Part shown: one piece after another, positions 1 through 7,768 of the stretch
Layout: the number at the start of each line of letters is the position of its first letter
Position numbering within the stretch: the stretch's first letter is position 1
Source: a virus
UHGV virus genome: UHGV-0015323
DNA: 36,149 nucleotides
Strand: one strand, 5' to 3'
Translations under genes and position numbers: made by a program
Notes under the pieces: generated by a model
Database searches by the model: none
Told to the model about the DNA's origin: nothing
The model's input: the letters and a program-made list of their open reading frames with translations, nothing else

Positions 1-31
1 AGAATTTACCGGGGGGTCTATTTAAAAATTG

Positions 32-107
32 AGGACAGCTGCGGACTCGAACCGCACATGCGACGGCTTGCACCGTCCGCTTGTCTCCTCCTAAGCTATG
101 TCTGCCC
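32..107 (-). tRNA. tRNA-like element, about 76 nt. Canonical T-arm (TGCGG / TTCGAGT / CCGCA) directly abuts a 7-nt acceptor 3' strand GCTGTCC. A 5' GGGCAGA pairs with it at 6 of 7 positions. D and anticodon arms are not canonical. May be a degenerate phage tRNA or a tRNA 3' fragment marking an att/cos region.
   Basis: Minus strand reads GGGCAGACATAGCTTAGGAGGAGACAAGCGGACGGTGCAAGCCGTCGCATGTGCGGTTCGAGTCCGCAGCTGTCCT. GGTTCGAGTCC T-loop motif is present. A GNRA-type hairpin GACGGT-GCAA-GCCGTC sits where the anticodon or variable arm would be. The element lies 7 nt downstream of the HNH stop codon. Confidence 0.3.
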
Positions 108-116
108 TCAGTGTAG

Positions 117-449
117 CTACCATCTTTCTTCGCTCGCAAGCTTCTTCTTTCTTTGGAATCTTCTTGGAGTCCTTCCATGTCGCAGATTGTGACACTTCAC
201 ACATAGACTGATCAGGTTGTCATCTTCCAACCCTAGCTCCGGATGCTCTTTTAGTTCAACAATATGATGCACCTCTTCAGCTCTTCTGATCTTTCTGTCT
301 TCTCCTTGCAGGATGCGGCCCGCTGCCACTGCATCCTTCAATCTCTTTCTGCAGTCCTGGCACTCATAGTGATCTCTCTCAAGTATCTGCATCCTCTTAT
401 GTTTCCACGCTGTTGCGTTGTAAAATGCTTTTGCTTCTCTGTCTGTCAT
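117..449 (-). CDS. HNH endonuclease of the phage terminase-associated type
   Basis: 110 aa with CxxC...HHIxxLxxHPELG...CxxCH, a classic HNH motif. Circularly adjacent to terS at the other end of the window, as in cos-type HK97-like phages. Confidence 0.85.
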   Translation of the reverse strand: MTDREAKAFYNATAWKHKRMQILERDHYECQDCRKRLKDAVAAGRILQGEDRKIRRAEEVHHIVELKEHPELGLEDDNLISLCVKCHNLRHGRTPRRFQRKKKLASEERW

Positions 450-579
450 TTCTTTCCCTCACGCACAAAAGACACCCGCTGGCATTCAGGTGTCTTTTCC
501 AAGGAGTGTTGTAGAAGTATCTGTCCGTCTTTCGACAATACCATATTAACACAGGTAAAACTCCAGTGAACTCCACTCT

Positions 580-1026
580 TTAATTGATTTGAATTTTTTT
601 CAGTGCTCTCCCGTGTAACTCGTAGATCCAGCTCTCACTGTATTCCATGAGTTGCGCTATCTGCCACCACTCAAATCCTTTGATATACCTGTAGAACATA
701 ACATCTCTTTCGTCCTGATCCTCTAACTTATTAATTCTGTATTCTATGTCCTTATAGGTCTGTACCTGCTTCACTCCCTCTTGATACAGTTTGTCCTCTC
801 TTTCCTGAAGAGCTGCCGCGTAAGAACTTAGATCGCTTTGATTCGATCCATGTGGCATCCCATCATTATTCGATGAAGGATACATCTTCATGTTCCTGAT
901 CTCTTCAATCTCTGATTCAATCCTCCTGATTCTCTTCCCATGTTTTCTGTATGCCCTGAGATAGGTTTTCTTCCTGTCGTTCTCGTTTTTTACATTGTTT
1001 TCTTCCAGTCTCATTTCCATCGACAC
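580..1026 (-). CDS. Late-gene transcriptional activator, ArpU / sigma-70 region-4-like
   Basis: 148 aa. C-terminus FYRYIKGFEWWQIAQLMEYSESWIYELHGRALKKI resembles sigma region 4 / ArpU-RinA HTH. Position immediately upstream of HNH-terS is typical for late activators. Confidence 0.6.
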   Translation of the reverse strand: MSMEMRLEENNVKNENDRKKTYLRAYRKHGKRIRRIESEIEEIRNMKMYPSSNNDGMPHGSNQSDLSSYAAALQEREDKLYQEGVKQVQTYKDIEYRINKLEDQDERDVMFYRYIKGFEWWQIAQLMEYSESWIYELHGRALKKIQIN

Positions 1027-1057
1027 CGCCTCCTGTCTTATATGCTCCAGTTTGCTT

Positions 1058-1504
1058 TCAAATTAGCAGCTTTTTTAGATACCATCTTTTTAATTCTTCT
1101 TCCTGTGCAATCTGGCTTTCAATCAGATCAACCTCCCGATCTATCGTACTAATCATACTAACTACATATTCTTGCGCCCGCTTATCCTTATGCCAGCATA
1201 TCTCGAAGTGATTTAATGCGTCAAATTGCAAGTTTATAGTGGTTCGGTATCTTCGCAGGAATTCCGGAAACTTTTGTTCTATCGCAATATACAGATACGC
1301 TGTATTTAATTCTTTTTTCGGTTCAAGGACAGCATGTCTACTATCTATCTCTCCCGGCTCTTTAAGCTGTCCAACAAACTCATCTACCGCGCTCAGCTTT
1401 ATGTAGCAGCTTCCAGCCTTGTATATCTTTCCCGGAATTGCCCTTTCCACATTGCATATGTCAATAATCGTGATCTTTTCACATTGCATATTCAAGTAAA
1501 TCAC
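1058..1504 (-). CDS. Hypothetical protein
   Basis: 148-aa ORF in operon context between the MTase and the late activator. No recognisable motif. Confidence 0.5.
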   Translation of the reverse strand: MIYLNMQCEKITIIDICNVERAIPGKIYKAGSCYIKLSAVDEFVGQLKEPGEIDSRHAVLEPKKELNTAYLYIAIEQKFPEFLRRYRTTINLQFDALNHFEICWHKDKRAQEYVVSMISTIDREVDLIESQIAQEEELKRWYLKKLLI

Positions 1505-2720
1505 CCAACTCCATTTGTCCAGTACATTCCTTTTGTGCTACTTTCTTTCTGCTCTGTGGCTTCAGGATCTCTCTGTGCTTTTTGACTTGTTCCATATCTT
1601 CTCTACCTCCTGTCAAATCTCCCAGCATCTTGTGCAGTTCATTCTGTAGCGTACTTTCTTCTTCTGTTATCCTTTTCAGGTTACTCAGTATAACTTCAAT
1701 ATCCGGAAGAGGTTCTTCCTTAAACGAATCAACATATCTTGGAATGTTCAGGTTATATCCATTTCTTTCAACTTCCTCATATGACGCTACGTATGCATAT
1801 TTCTCGCAATCCTGCCGCCTATCAAAGACATCTACTATTCTCTGCACCTGATCCGTTCTCATGTCGTTCTGAGCTGATTTTTTTCGAAAATCCTTGCTCG
1901 CATCTATGAACAGAATATTCGGCGAATTTCTTTCCAGAATTAGCAAGCAGACCGGGATGTTTGTATTTAAGAACAGCTTGTCCGGCAGACCGATTACAGT
2001 ATTGATCATCTTTTCACGGATCAGCCACTCTCTTATCTTGCCCTCTCCTTGTCCTCTGAATAATACACCATGCGGAAGGATTGCAATCAACCGTCCGCTT
2101 TCCTTTAGATGTTTCACGCCCCTGAGAAGAAAACCATAGTCCGCCTTACTCTTAGGAATTGTAAAACCCATGATTGGATAATCTCCCGCATCCTCGAATT
2201 TCATCGAATACGGTGGGTTCATGATCACGTTGTCGTATTTCCCCGGACTTTTAACTTCTACTCGACATGGGATGCTTATATCCCCATACTTCTGTAGATG
2301 ATACGTTTCTACCGTCTTTTCTCTCAGGCAGTCGCTCCTGCTTATATATCCGGTTATACCGTTTATACAAGCGTCCAAAAGTGCGAATAGGATAGCTCTC
2401 TCGCTGAATTCATATTCATTGACACCCCCGCACTTCACTGATGCAGCCTTACTCAATGCACCAGTCCCCGAACACATATCTAGGCAGTCTCCTTGCTTCA
2501 TCAGCTTCGCCACAATGGAGCATATGCAGTCCGGTGTGAAATCCTGCTTCAATGTCTTGCGGTCTCCCTGCTCTTCTTGGAATATATCCCTCGTGTTTAA
2601 TATCCCTGCCGCTCTGACCTTTTGTATCATGCTTTCTGCTTCATCGGACATTAGCGCCGTCATAATTGCATCCGGCAATCTATAAGATTCTTTTATGCCA
2701 TAAATTTCCAATAATGTCAT
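1479..2720 (-). CDS. N6-adenine DNA methyltransferase, orphan, gamma-class motif order
   Basis: 413 aa. Motif I DMCSGTGAL precedes catalytic motif IV IMNPPYS (NPPY). Eco57I/TaqI-like N6_Mtase architecture. Confidence 0.8.
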   Translation of the reverse strand: MTLLEIYGIKESYRLPDAIMTALMSDEAESMIQKVRAAGILNTRDIFQEEQGDRKTLKQDFTPDCICSIVAKLMKQGDCLDMCSGTGALSKAASVKCGGVNEYEFSERAILFALLDACINGITGYISRSDCLREKTVETYHLQKYGDISIPCRVEVKSPGKYDNVIMNPPYSMKFEDAGDYPIMGFTIPKSKADYGFLLRGVKHLKESGRLIAILPHGVLFRGQGEGKIREWLIREKMINTVIGLPDKLFLNTNIPVCLLILERNSPNILFIDASKDFRKKSAQNDMRTDQVQRIVDVFDRRQDCEKYAYVASYEEVERNGYNLNIPRYVDSFKEEPLPDIEVILSNLKRITEEESTLQNELHKMLGDLTGGREDMEQVKKHREILKPQSRKKVAQKECTGQMELGDLLEYAM

Positions 2721-2950
2721 TCGGTGCCGCCATCTCCTATCCTATACTTTCTGGCCAGATATTCAGCCACATCTCCATGCCACAACTGCTGCCCCTGTGC
2801 TTCGATCAGATTACCTGCTTGGTATGCTGGCCGATGAAACTTCTCGCTTGCCTTCCGATCAGGTGGATGTTCTGCCATATCAGCATAATGTTCTTTTTGG
2901 TTCTGCTGGATTTCCGCAGGACTCCAGCGTGTGTCTGTGCTTCTTTTCAT
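2717..2950 (-). CDS. Hypothetical small protein
   Basis: 77-aa ORF with a 4-nt overlap onto the downstream MTase, consistent with operon arrangement. Confidence 0.4.
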   Translation of the reverse strand: MKRSTDTRWSPAEIQQNQKEHYADMAEHPPDRKASEKFHRPAYQAGNLIEAQGQQLWHGDVAEYLARKYRIGDGGTE

Positions 2951-2987
2951 GTGCTCTCACTCCAATCGTAATTCTTTGCGTTCTCGA

Positions 2988-3431
2988 TTACACATCATTT
3001 TCAGCTCTATTATTTGCTCTGACCGTATCGAATCCTTCCGGATATCTTACTTTCAGCTTATCCACATTCATCAGCATGATTTCGTTAAGGTTTACTTCCA
3101 TTGCTTCGCAGATCATAGCCATGTACCACATTACATCTCCCAGTTCTTTCTTGAAATGTTCAAGATCCAGTTCTTTCTCATGGAAAATCCACTTCTTGAC
3201 CATATCAAGTGTCTCTCCGGACTCTCCGGCTAAACCCAAGCAACCATTAAGAAGTCCTCCGATGTCTGGAATAATCAGATCATCTCCACTGACAATCTGA
3301 TTATCATCAATTAATTCAAGTAATCTGTCTGTTGCTTTTCCGTCATTTGTTCTCATAGCTAATTTCTGATATTCACTTGCGTTCATTAATCTCGCTCCTC
3401 TCTTTCGTCTACATTTCTCTTCTTCCAACAA
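2988..3431 (-). CDS. mazG: MazG-like nucleoside triphosphate pyrophosphohydrolase
   Basis: GLAGESGE and ELGDVMWY motifs typical of the MazG/HisE all-alpha NTP-PPase fold. True start is probably the internal Met at MNASEYQKLAMR. Confidence 0.8.
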   Translation of the reverse strand: MLEEEKCRRKRGARLMNASEYQKLAMRTNDGKATDRLLELIDDNQIVSGDDLIIPDIGGLLNGCLGLAGESGETLDMVKKWIFHEKELDLEHFKKELGDVMWYMAMICEAMEVNLNEIMLMNVDKLKVRYPEGFDTVRANNRAENDV

Positions 3432-3633
3432 TGTAATCTATGGACACATTATATATATCCGCGCATTTGATTGCTTCTCCTAGCGTCAGCCCTTTCCTTC
3501 CTGTTTCAAGATCTTGCAGTCTTTCCTCCTTCATGTCTAGCTCGACTGCTGCCTCTTTTCTTGTCAGTCCTCTGATTTTTCTTAGATACTTCAGACGGTT
3601 TCCTATTGTTCCTACTGGTCGTAATATAACCAT
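3409..3633 (-). CDS. XRE-family helix-turn-helix transcriptional regulator
   Basis: LKYLRKIRGLTRKEAAVELDM...IYNVSIDYIVG is a canonical HTH_XRE. ATG at 3633 with AGGAGGG upstream. The track start at 3642 is a TTG codon. Confidence 0.7.
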   Translation of the reverse strand: MVILRPVGTIGNRLKYLRKIRGLTRKEAAVELDMKEERLQDLETGRKGLTLGEAIKCADIYNVSIDYIVGRREM

Positions 3634-3919
3634 TGTAATCAATCCCTCCTTTCACGTCCCATGCGCAAATGTCGCAATCCTCAGGACATACATTTACCTT
3701 TATTGCTCTTTTGCACATCTCCATTCTTGTTCTTATGTCTTCCTCGTAGTCCTTTATAATTCCAAGTTTCCTTAGAATCTTATAAAACAGTGACTTTTTT
3801 CTCACGTCTCTTTTTTCCTTCCGTCGTTCTTTCCATTTCCGCAGCCACTCAAGCTGTGCTTGATCCTCTTGCTCTCGCCTTGTCATTTTCCAACCTCGCT
3901 TAATCTGCTCCATGCACAT
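3506..3919 (-). CDS. Hypothetical Cys-containing protein (CPEDCDICAWD). The 3' third overlaps the HTH gene in another frame.
   Basis: 137-aa ORF. N-terminal about 90 aa look protein-like. C-terminal 45 aa are R/K/S-rich and low complexity, overlapping 3409..3633 by 128 nt. Confidence 0.4.
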   Translation of the reverse strand: MCMEQIKRGWKMTRREQEDQAQLEWLRKWKERRKEKRDVRKKSLFYKILRKLGIIKDYEEDIRTRMEMCKRAIKVNVCPEDCDICAWDVKGGIDYNGYITTSRNNRKPSEVSKKNQRTDKKRGSSRARHEGGKTARS

Positions 3920-4385
3920 TCTCCTCTTCTAACAACTCAGGATTATCAAATATGTTGCCTACAACTTCTGCATCAACCAACTTGATCCAATATCCCAAGT
4001 CTTTTCTAAAATCATGGTTTTTGTCCCAGTCCACATAAAATCCGACGTGGCACGTTGATGTGCTATCAAAACAACTCTGATATTCTCCGAATTTTACCGG
4101 CGCATAAACTTCTCCAAAATGGTATTTAATTATATCCCCTTCCCATATTTTCTTTCCGTTCTTGTCGGTTAATCCTGTGTACTGGCAGACTGTATTCGGT
4201 TCAACATCGCAAAAATCAATTCCATTAATATCCCATTCATCACAAGCCGTTCCCTTGTATTCGTCAATAATCAAACCACCGACAAAAACGTGCTTAGGTT
4301 TTTGGTAACCATCGTCAAACAAATATCCCTCTACCCACTCACCATTATCTACACGTTTTCCTCTAAAAAGTATTTCTCTATTCAT
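3900..4385 (-). CDS. YopX family protein
   Basis: Starts MNREILFRGKRVDNGEWVEGYL and ends VVGNIFDNPELLEEE. Both ends match YopX (PF09643-type) hallmarks. Start was moved to the internal Met to avoid overlap. Confidence 0.75.
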   Translation of the reverse strand: MNREILFRGKRVDNGEWVEGYLFDDGYQKPKHVFVGGLIIDEYKGTACDEWDINGIDFCDVEPNTVCQYTGLTDKNGKKIWEGDIIKYHFGEVYAPVKFGEYQSCFDSTSTCHVGFYVDWDKNHDFRKDLGYWIKLVDAEVVGNIFDNPELLEEENVHGAD

Positions 4386-4611
4386 AATATTCAACTGCCT
4401 CCAACTTTTTTCTGATTTCTTCTCTGATATTTTCATGCAACTCATTTAAATCCCATCCGTCAGCGTATGTAAATAATATATCTTCACCATCTTCCGTAAA
4501 TGGTAAACCTTGCGCTACCCAAAACTTTGTACAGCTATCAAAACCAGTATCTTTGAAAATCTCGCAGTTATACAATTCTTCTAACTGCTTTTTATAATAT
4601 TTATTCTTCAT
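4378..4611 (-). CDS. Hypothetical small acidic protein
   Basis: 77-aa ORF in tight operon spacing. Confidence 0.4.
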   Translation of the reverse strand: MKNKYYKKQLEELYNCEIFKDTGFDSCTKFWVAQGLPFTEDGEDILFTYADGWDLNELHENIREEIRKKLEAVEYYE

Positions 4612-4930
4612 CTCTCCTACCTCGCTTAACTACCGGAATGTCCGAGAATACCACCGTAGCCCGCTCGTTTTCGGATGCCGCTACAATCACAATCTCTATG
4701 TCATCATATCCAAGCATAAATTCCGGAATGAGGTAAATTCCGTACTGCTCGACAGCTCCGTGATTATTTCTCATGTAGTCAGATACAAATTCTAACTTTT
4801 CATCCAACAGATTGTGCGCTTCCTCTTCATCGTACCGCTTTGTCAAGTGTGTGATTGCCTGCTTTATGTTCAAGCTTCCTGTCCACCAGAAAAACGGCTT
4901 GATTTCTTCGATATACTCAAACCTTGCCAT
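4601..4930 (-). CDS. Hypothetical protein
   Basis: 109-aa ORF immediately downstream of the tyrosine recombinase gene. Confidence 0.45.
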   Translation of the reverse strand: MARFEYIEEIKPFFWWTGSLNIKQAITHLTKRYDEEEAHNLLDEKLEFVSDYMRNNHGAVEQYGIYLIPEFMLGYDDIEIVIVAASENERATVVFSDIPVVKRGRRDEE

Positions 4931-4942
4931 ATTTTCTCCTTC

Positions 4943-6010
4943 CTACACTACATACTTTTTATGTGCCTGTTCCAATTCGTTTTCTTCCAGATCCAAATAG
5001 ATTTGTGTTGTTTCCAGGCTCTCATGTCCTAGCATCTTAGAGACCTGTTCGATCGGCATTCCTCTTCTGAGTGCCATTGTTGCACACGTTCTTCTGAACT
5101 TGTGTGGGTTTGCCTTATCAACTCCTGCTCTTTCCGCCATCTTTCTCATCATGCGTTCTATTGTTCCTTTATCAGAATGACCTTCGGATACGTTTTGCGG
5201 ATTCTTCCACCACTCTTTCAACTTTGCTCTTTCGCATCCTTCCATGTTTTTTATAGATACACTGTGTGGAAGTAAGTAAGGATTTGAGTCTTTCCTGCAT
5301 TCCAAATATCTCTGCATTGAGAACTTTGCTCTTGCGTTAAGGTAAACATATCTGTCTTTCTTTCCTTTCCCATGCACCAAAATTTTATCTCCGTCAATTT
5401 CAGATATTAGAATCTGTACCAATTCGCTCACTCTGCATCCGGTTGACAGTAACACTTCGATAATCATTTTTTCACGTTCGCCTTCTGCCGATGCTCTTAA
5501 CTGTTCAATCTCAAGTTCTGTGAGTGCTTCTTTCTTCACTTTTTCTTTCTTGATTCTATCGACTTTCGACATTGGATTCCGCTTGATTTCTTCTTCCAGG
5601 TACAACCATGTGAAAAAGCTTCCGAGATTTCTCGTTTCATTTCCGACAGTTGTTTTTGATACCTTGTCTTGTCGGATTCTTACTGCCATGTAAAATCGGA
5701 TATCGTCTGCTGTGATATCGTCTACCGTTTTCCCTATCCTCTGAAGAATTGATTTTATGCTCGTTCCGTAGAACTGAAGTGTTCTGTCTGTACATCCTTT
5801 TACTTTCTTCGCTATAAGGAATTTTTTTAGGAGATATTCGTTTCTATTCTCTTCGATCTGTGCAATCTCTGTACATCTGCTTGTGATTTCAACATTGTTT
5901 AGCATCATGTAAAAATCATATTTTGCTTCTGATGGATCAATTCCATGCGATGCTGCCCATGAAATCAAATTATTCAGCACATCTTCTCTGCAATCTATTG
6001 TTCCTTCCAT
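4943..6010 (-). CDS. Tyrosine site-specific recombinase, phage-integrase / XerC-D family
   Basis: 355 aa. SAM-like N-domain. C-terminal catalytic region HKFRRTCATMALRRGMPIEQVSKMLGHESLETTQIYLD has the R..H..R..Y signature (nucleophile Tyr in TTQIY). Confidence 0.85.
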   Translation of the reverse strand: MEGTIDCREDVLNNLISWAASHGIDPSEAKYDFYMMLNNVEITSRCTEIAQIEENRNEYLLKKFLIAKKVKGCTDRTLQFYGTSIKSILQRIGKTVDDITADDIRFYMAVRIRQDKVSKTTVGNETRNLGSFFTWLYLEEEIKRNPMSKVDRIKKEKVKKEALTELEIEQLRASAEGEREKMIIEVLLSTGCRVSELVQILISEIDGDKILVHGKGKKDRYVYLNARAKFSMQRYLECRKDSNPYLLPHSVSIKNMEGCERAKLKEWWKNPQNVSEGHSDKGTIERMMRKMAERAGVDKANPHKFRRTCATMALRRGMPIEQVSKMLGHESLETTQIYLDLEENELEQAHKKYVV

Positions 6011-6021
6011 CTCTTCAACCT

Positions 6022-6678
6022 TTAAAAAAGCATTCCTTTCTCTGCTGGAGTGTACATGACTCTTTCTTGCGGGTAAATTCCGTCAATATACGGAGTGCTT
6101 AATGTGTCTCCTTGTACTACAGTTGCTTTTATTCCAAGTAAACTTAATTGCAAGTAAGTCATGTATACACCCTTCCAGTCCAAGTCTTGTGCTGTAACTT
6201 TCATGCATCTCTGTGGGTTTATCCCTCTGTCCTTTAGTACTCTTGCAGCTGCTATCATCATTCCACCGCCACCTGTAGACGGTTCATTGATTATCAGCGG
6301 ATTTTCTTCGCTCACATCGTCCAGGATGCTTATTGATGCTGTTAGCAATGACACATTGAATGGAGTGAAGAACTGTCCAGTTTGCTTTGAACCCCACGAT
6401 CCTTTCATGAATACCGCACCTAGCACATCCTGTATTTCTTCGTCCAGTGCAGTTACTAGCATACCGCCAAGCTCAACAAAAGATTTCATTGTATCTGCTC
6501 CATGCTTTTTCGCTATTTCTAAATACTGCTGTTCCCTGTCTTGCCATATTTTACCATGTACAATATCGGTTGAATTGCTTATAGATAATGCTAAAGCCTT
6601 TATCCAGTCAGAAAATATTTCATACCCTGAGTATGTTCCAGAGATTTCAGTTATCTTCTTGACGATCTCATCTATCAT
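6022..6678 (-). CDS. N6-adenine methyltransferase-like protein lacking the catalytic (N/D)PP(Y/F) motif. Either truncated or a degenerate/decoy MTase.
   Basis: GQFFTP (motif X), EPSTGGGGMM (motif I, SAM binding), QDLDWKGVYMTYLQLSLLGI and VVQGDTL are present in HsdM-like order. The ORF ends about 25 aa later with no NPPY/NPPF. Start was moved to MIDEIVKK to avoid overlapping the upstream gene. Confidence 0.55.
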   Translation of the reverse strand: MIDEIVKKITEISGTYSGYEIFSDWIKALALSISNSTDIVHGKIWQDREQQYLEIAKKHGADTMKSFVELGGMLVTALDEEIQDVLGAVFMKGSWGSKQTGQFFTPFNVSLLTASISILDDVSEENPLIINEPSTGGGGMMIAAARVLKDRGINPQRCMKVTAQDLDWKGVYMTYLQLSLLGIKATVVQGDTLSTPYIDGIYPQERVMYTPAEKGMLF

Positions 6679-6892
6679 TCTCTTTCTTCTCTCCTTCTGC
6701 TTTATCCACCTTACGCATTTTCTTGATATATTCTCGAACCGTCTGGATCGTTGAAAGTACTCCGTCATAAAAAGGATCGATTCTTTCATGTTCTGCAATT
6801 GTTGCTTTTGTTTCTGCTTCTGCCTGATCCAGCCAATCAACCAAATCTTTCGCGTCTTTTTCTGTCATATCTTCTCCTTCTTTCCATTTCAT
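6668..6892 (-). CDS. Hypothetical small acidic protein
   Basis: 74-aa ORF in operon context. Confidence 0.4.
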   Translation of the reverse strand: MKWKEGEDMTEKDAKDLVDWLDQAEAETKATIAEHERIDPFYDGVLSTIQTVREYIKKMRKVDKAEGEKKENDR

Positions 6893-7043
6893 CTCTTTCT
6901 TCGCAGTACATTAATCCCACGTACTGTCCATAGCTCATTCCTTCCTGTCTTGCTTTTGCATTTATCTCAGCTAATTCGCTTTTCCAAGCTGTTAGTCTCA
7001 GTCTTTTTGGCACTTGTCTGCTCCTTTCTCCTCCCTGCCGCAT
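6837..7043 (-). CDS. Small ribbon-helix-helix (MobC-like) DNA-binding protein
   Basis: LRLTAWKSELAEINAKARQEGMSYGQYV resembles the MobC/RHH pattern (xRxTxxEkxxixxxAxxaGmSxSxYl). Basic C-tail. Confidence 0.4.
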   Translation of the reverse strand: MRQGGERSRQVPKRLRLTAWKSELAEINAKARQEGMSYGQYVGLMYCEERDEMERRRRYDRKRRERFG

Positions 7044-7118
7044 CCATGGAGGAAGTCTTTGTTATCATGTTGCAGTATTGTGACATACTTTTATCTCCAC
7101 GCCATTCAGTGGAGGTAA

Positions 7119-7484
7119 CTATAAATAATTTTTCTTATATCTCGCCATCCACTCTTCTCTCGTATGTGTCTGCTCATATTCTGTCTGTGCTATTCTGCAG
7201 AGCAGTTCCCGCATTTCTCGGTTATTGTGGACCGCTTCCGGTCCTTCTTTGTGATGATTCCGACACAGATCTGCCTTTAGTCCATCTGCCTCAGATAGTT
7301 CACGCTGTCCGGATCCGAACATGATATGATGTTCCTCTGTGTACTTCTTGGAAGGATCGTCATAGAGTATCAAACAGAGATAGCAGACTCCCTTTCTACT
7401 CTTGAGGATGCTCTTTTTATGTGATTTCCTTTTTTTCTTGCAGGCTAATTTCGGAAATGCCATGTCTGAATAATCGATGCTCAT
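7119..7484 (-). CDS. HNH-like nuclease
   Basis: CYLC...EEHHIMFGSGQRE...CRNHHKEGPEAVHNN gives a CxxC / HH / CxxHH metal-finger arrangement. Confidence 0.5.
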   Translation of the reverse strand: MSIDYSDMAFPKLACKKKRKSHKKSILKSRKGVCYLCLILYDDPSKKYTEEHHIMFGSGQRELSEADGLKADLCRNHHKEGPEAVHNNREMRELLCRIAQTEYEQTHTREEWMARYKKNYL

Positions 7485-7768
7485 AAGATATACACCCCAA
7501 CTAAGTTTTTCGGATCTCCTTGCATTCGATCAAACCATATGCACGGTTCGCATACTCCTTCAATGTCTTTTCTCAGCTCTTCTGCGGAATCTGCCAGCAT
7601 GATAATGTTCGTCGGACTGCTGCAAGCATAGACTCTCGCAACATATTTATCCGGTATATCCCGCTGGTGCTTATAAATTGCAATTGATGGTATCGCTATC
7701 GCTGATAAGTCCACCTCTCGAAAGCTATGGATTATTTTGTTATTTACTGAGTTCTTCTCCATTTTCAT
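7481..7768 (-). CDS. Hypothetical protein
   Basis: 95-aa ORF with a 4-nt overlap onto the next gene. Confidence 0.45.
   Translation of the reverse strand: MKMEKNSVNNKIIHSFREVDLSAIAIPSIAIYKHQRDIPDKYVARVYACSSPTNIIMLADSAEELRKDIEGVCEPCIWFDRMQGDPKNLVGVYIL

Noticed and set aside
32-107. Calling a full canonical tRNA (or a class II Ser/Leu tRNA with long variable arm)
   Set aside because: The T-arm and acceptor are canonical. The 5' side lacks a D-stem. The only internal hairpin has a 4-nt GNRA loop, not a 7-nt anticodon loop. Total length is too short for a class II tRNA. Kept only as a low-confidence tRNA-like element.
264-1152. Plus-strand ORFs 264..569 and 940..1152 from the six-frame track
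   Set aside because: They are antisense to well-supported minus-strand genes (HNH, late activator). They are Cys/Phe/Leu-rich low-complexity translations typical of reverse-frame artefacts with no RBS.
6161-6754. 197-aa plus-strand ORF
   Set aside because: Lies entirely antisense within the MTase-like gene. Composition is Ser/Pro/Cys-rich and there is no RBS.
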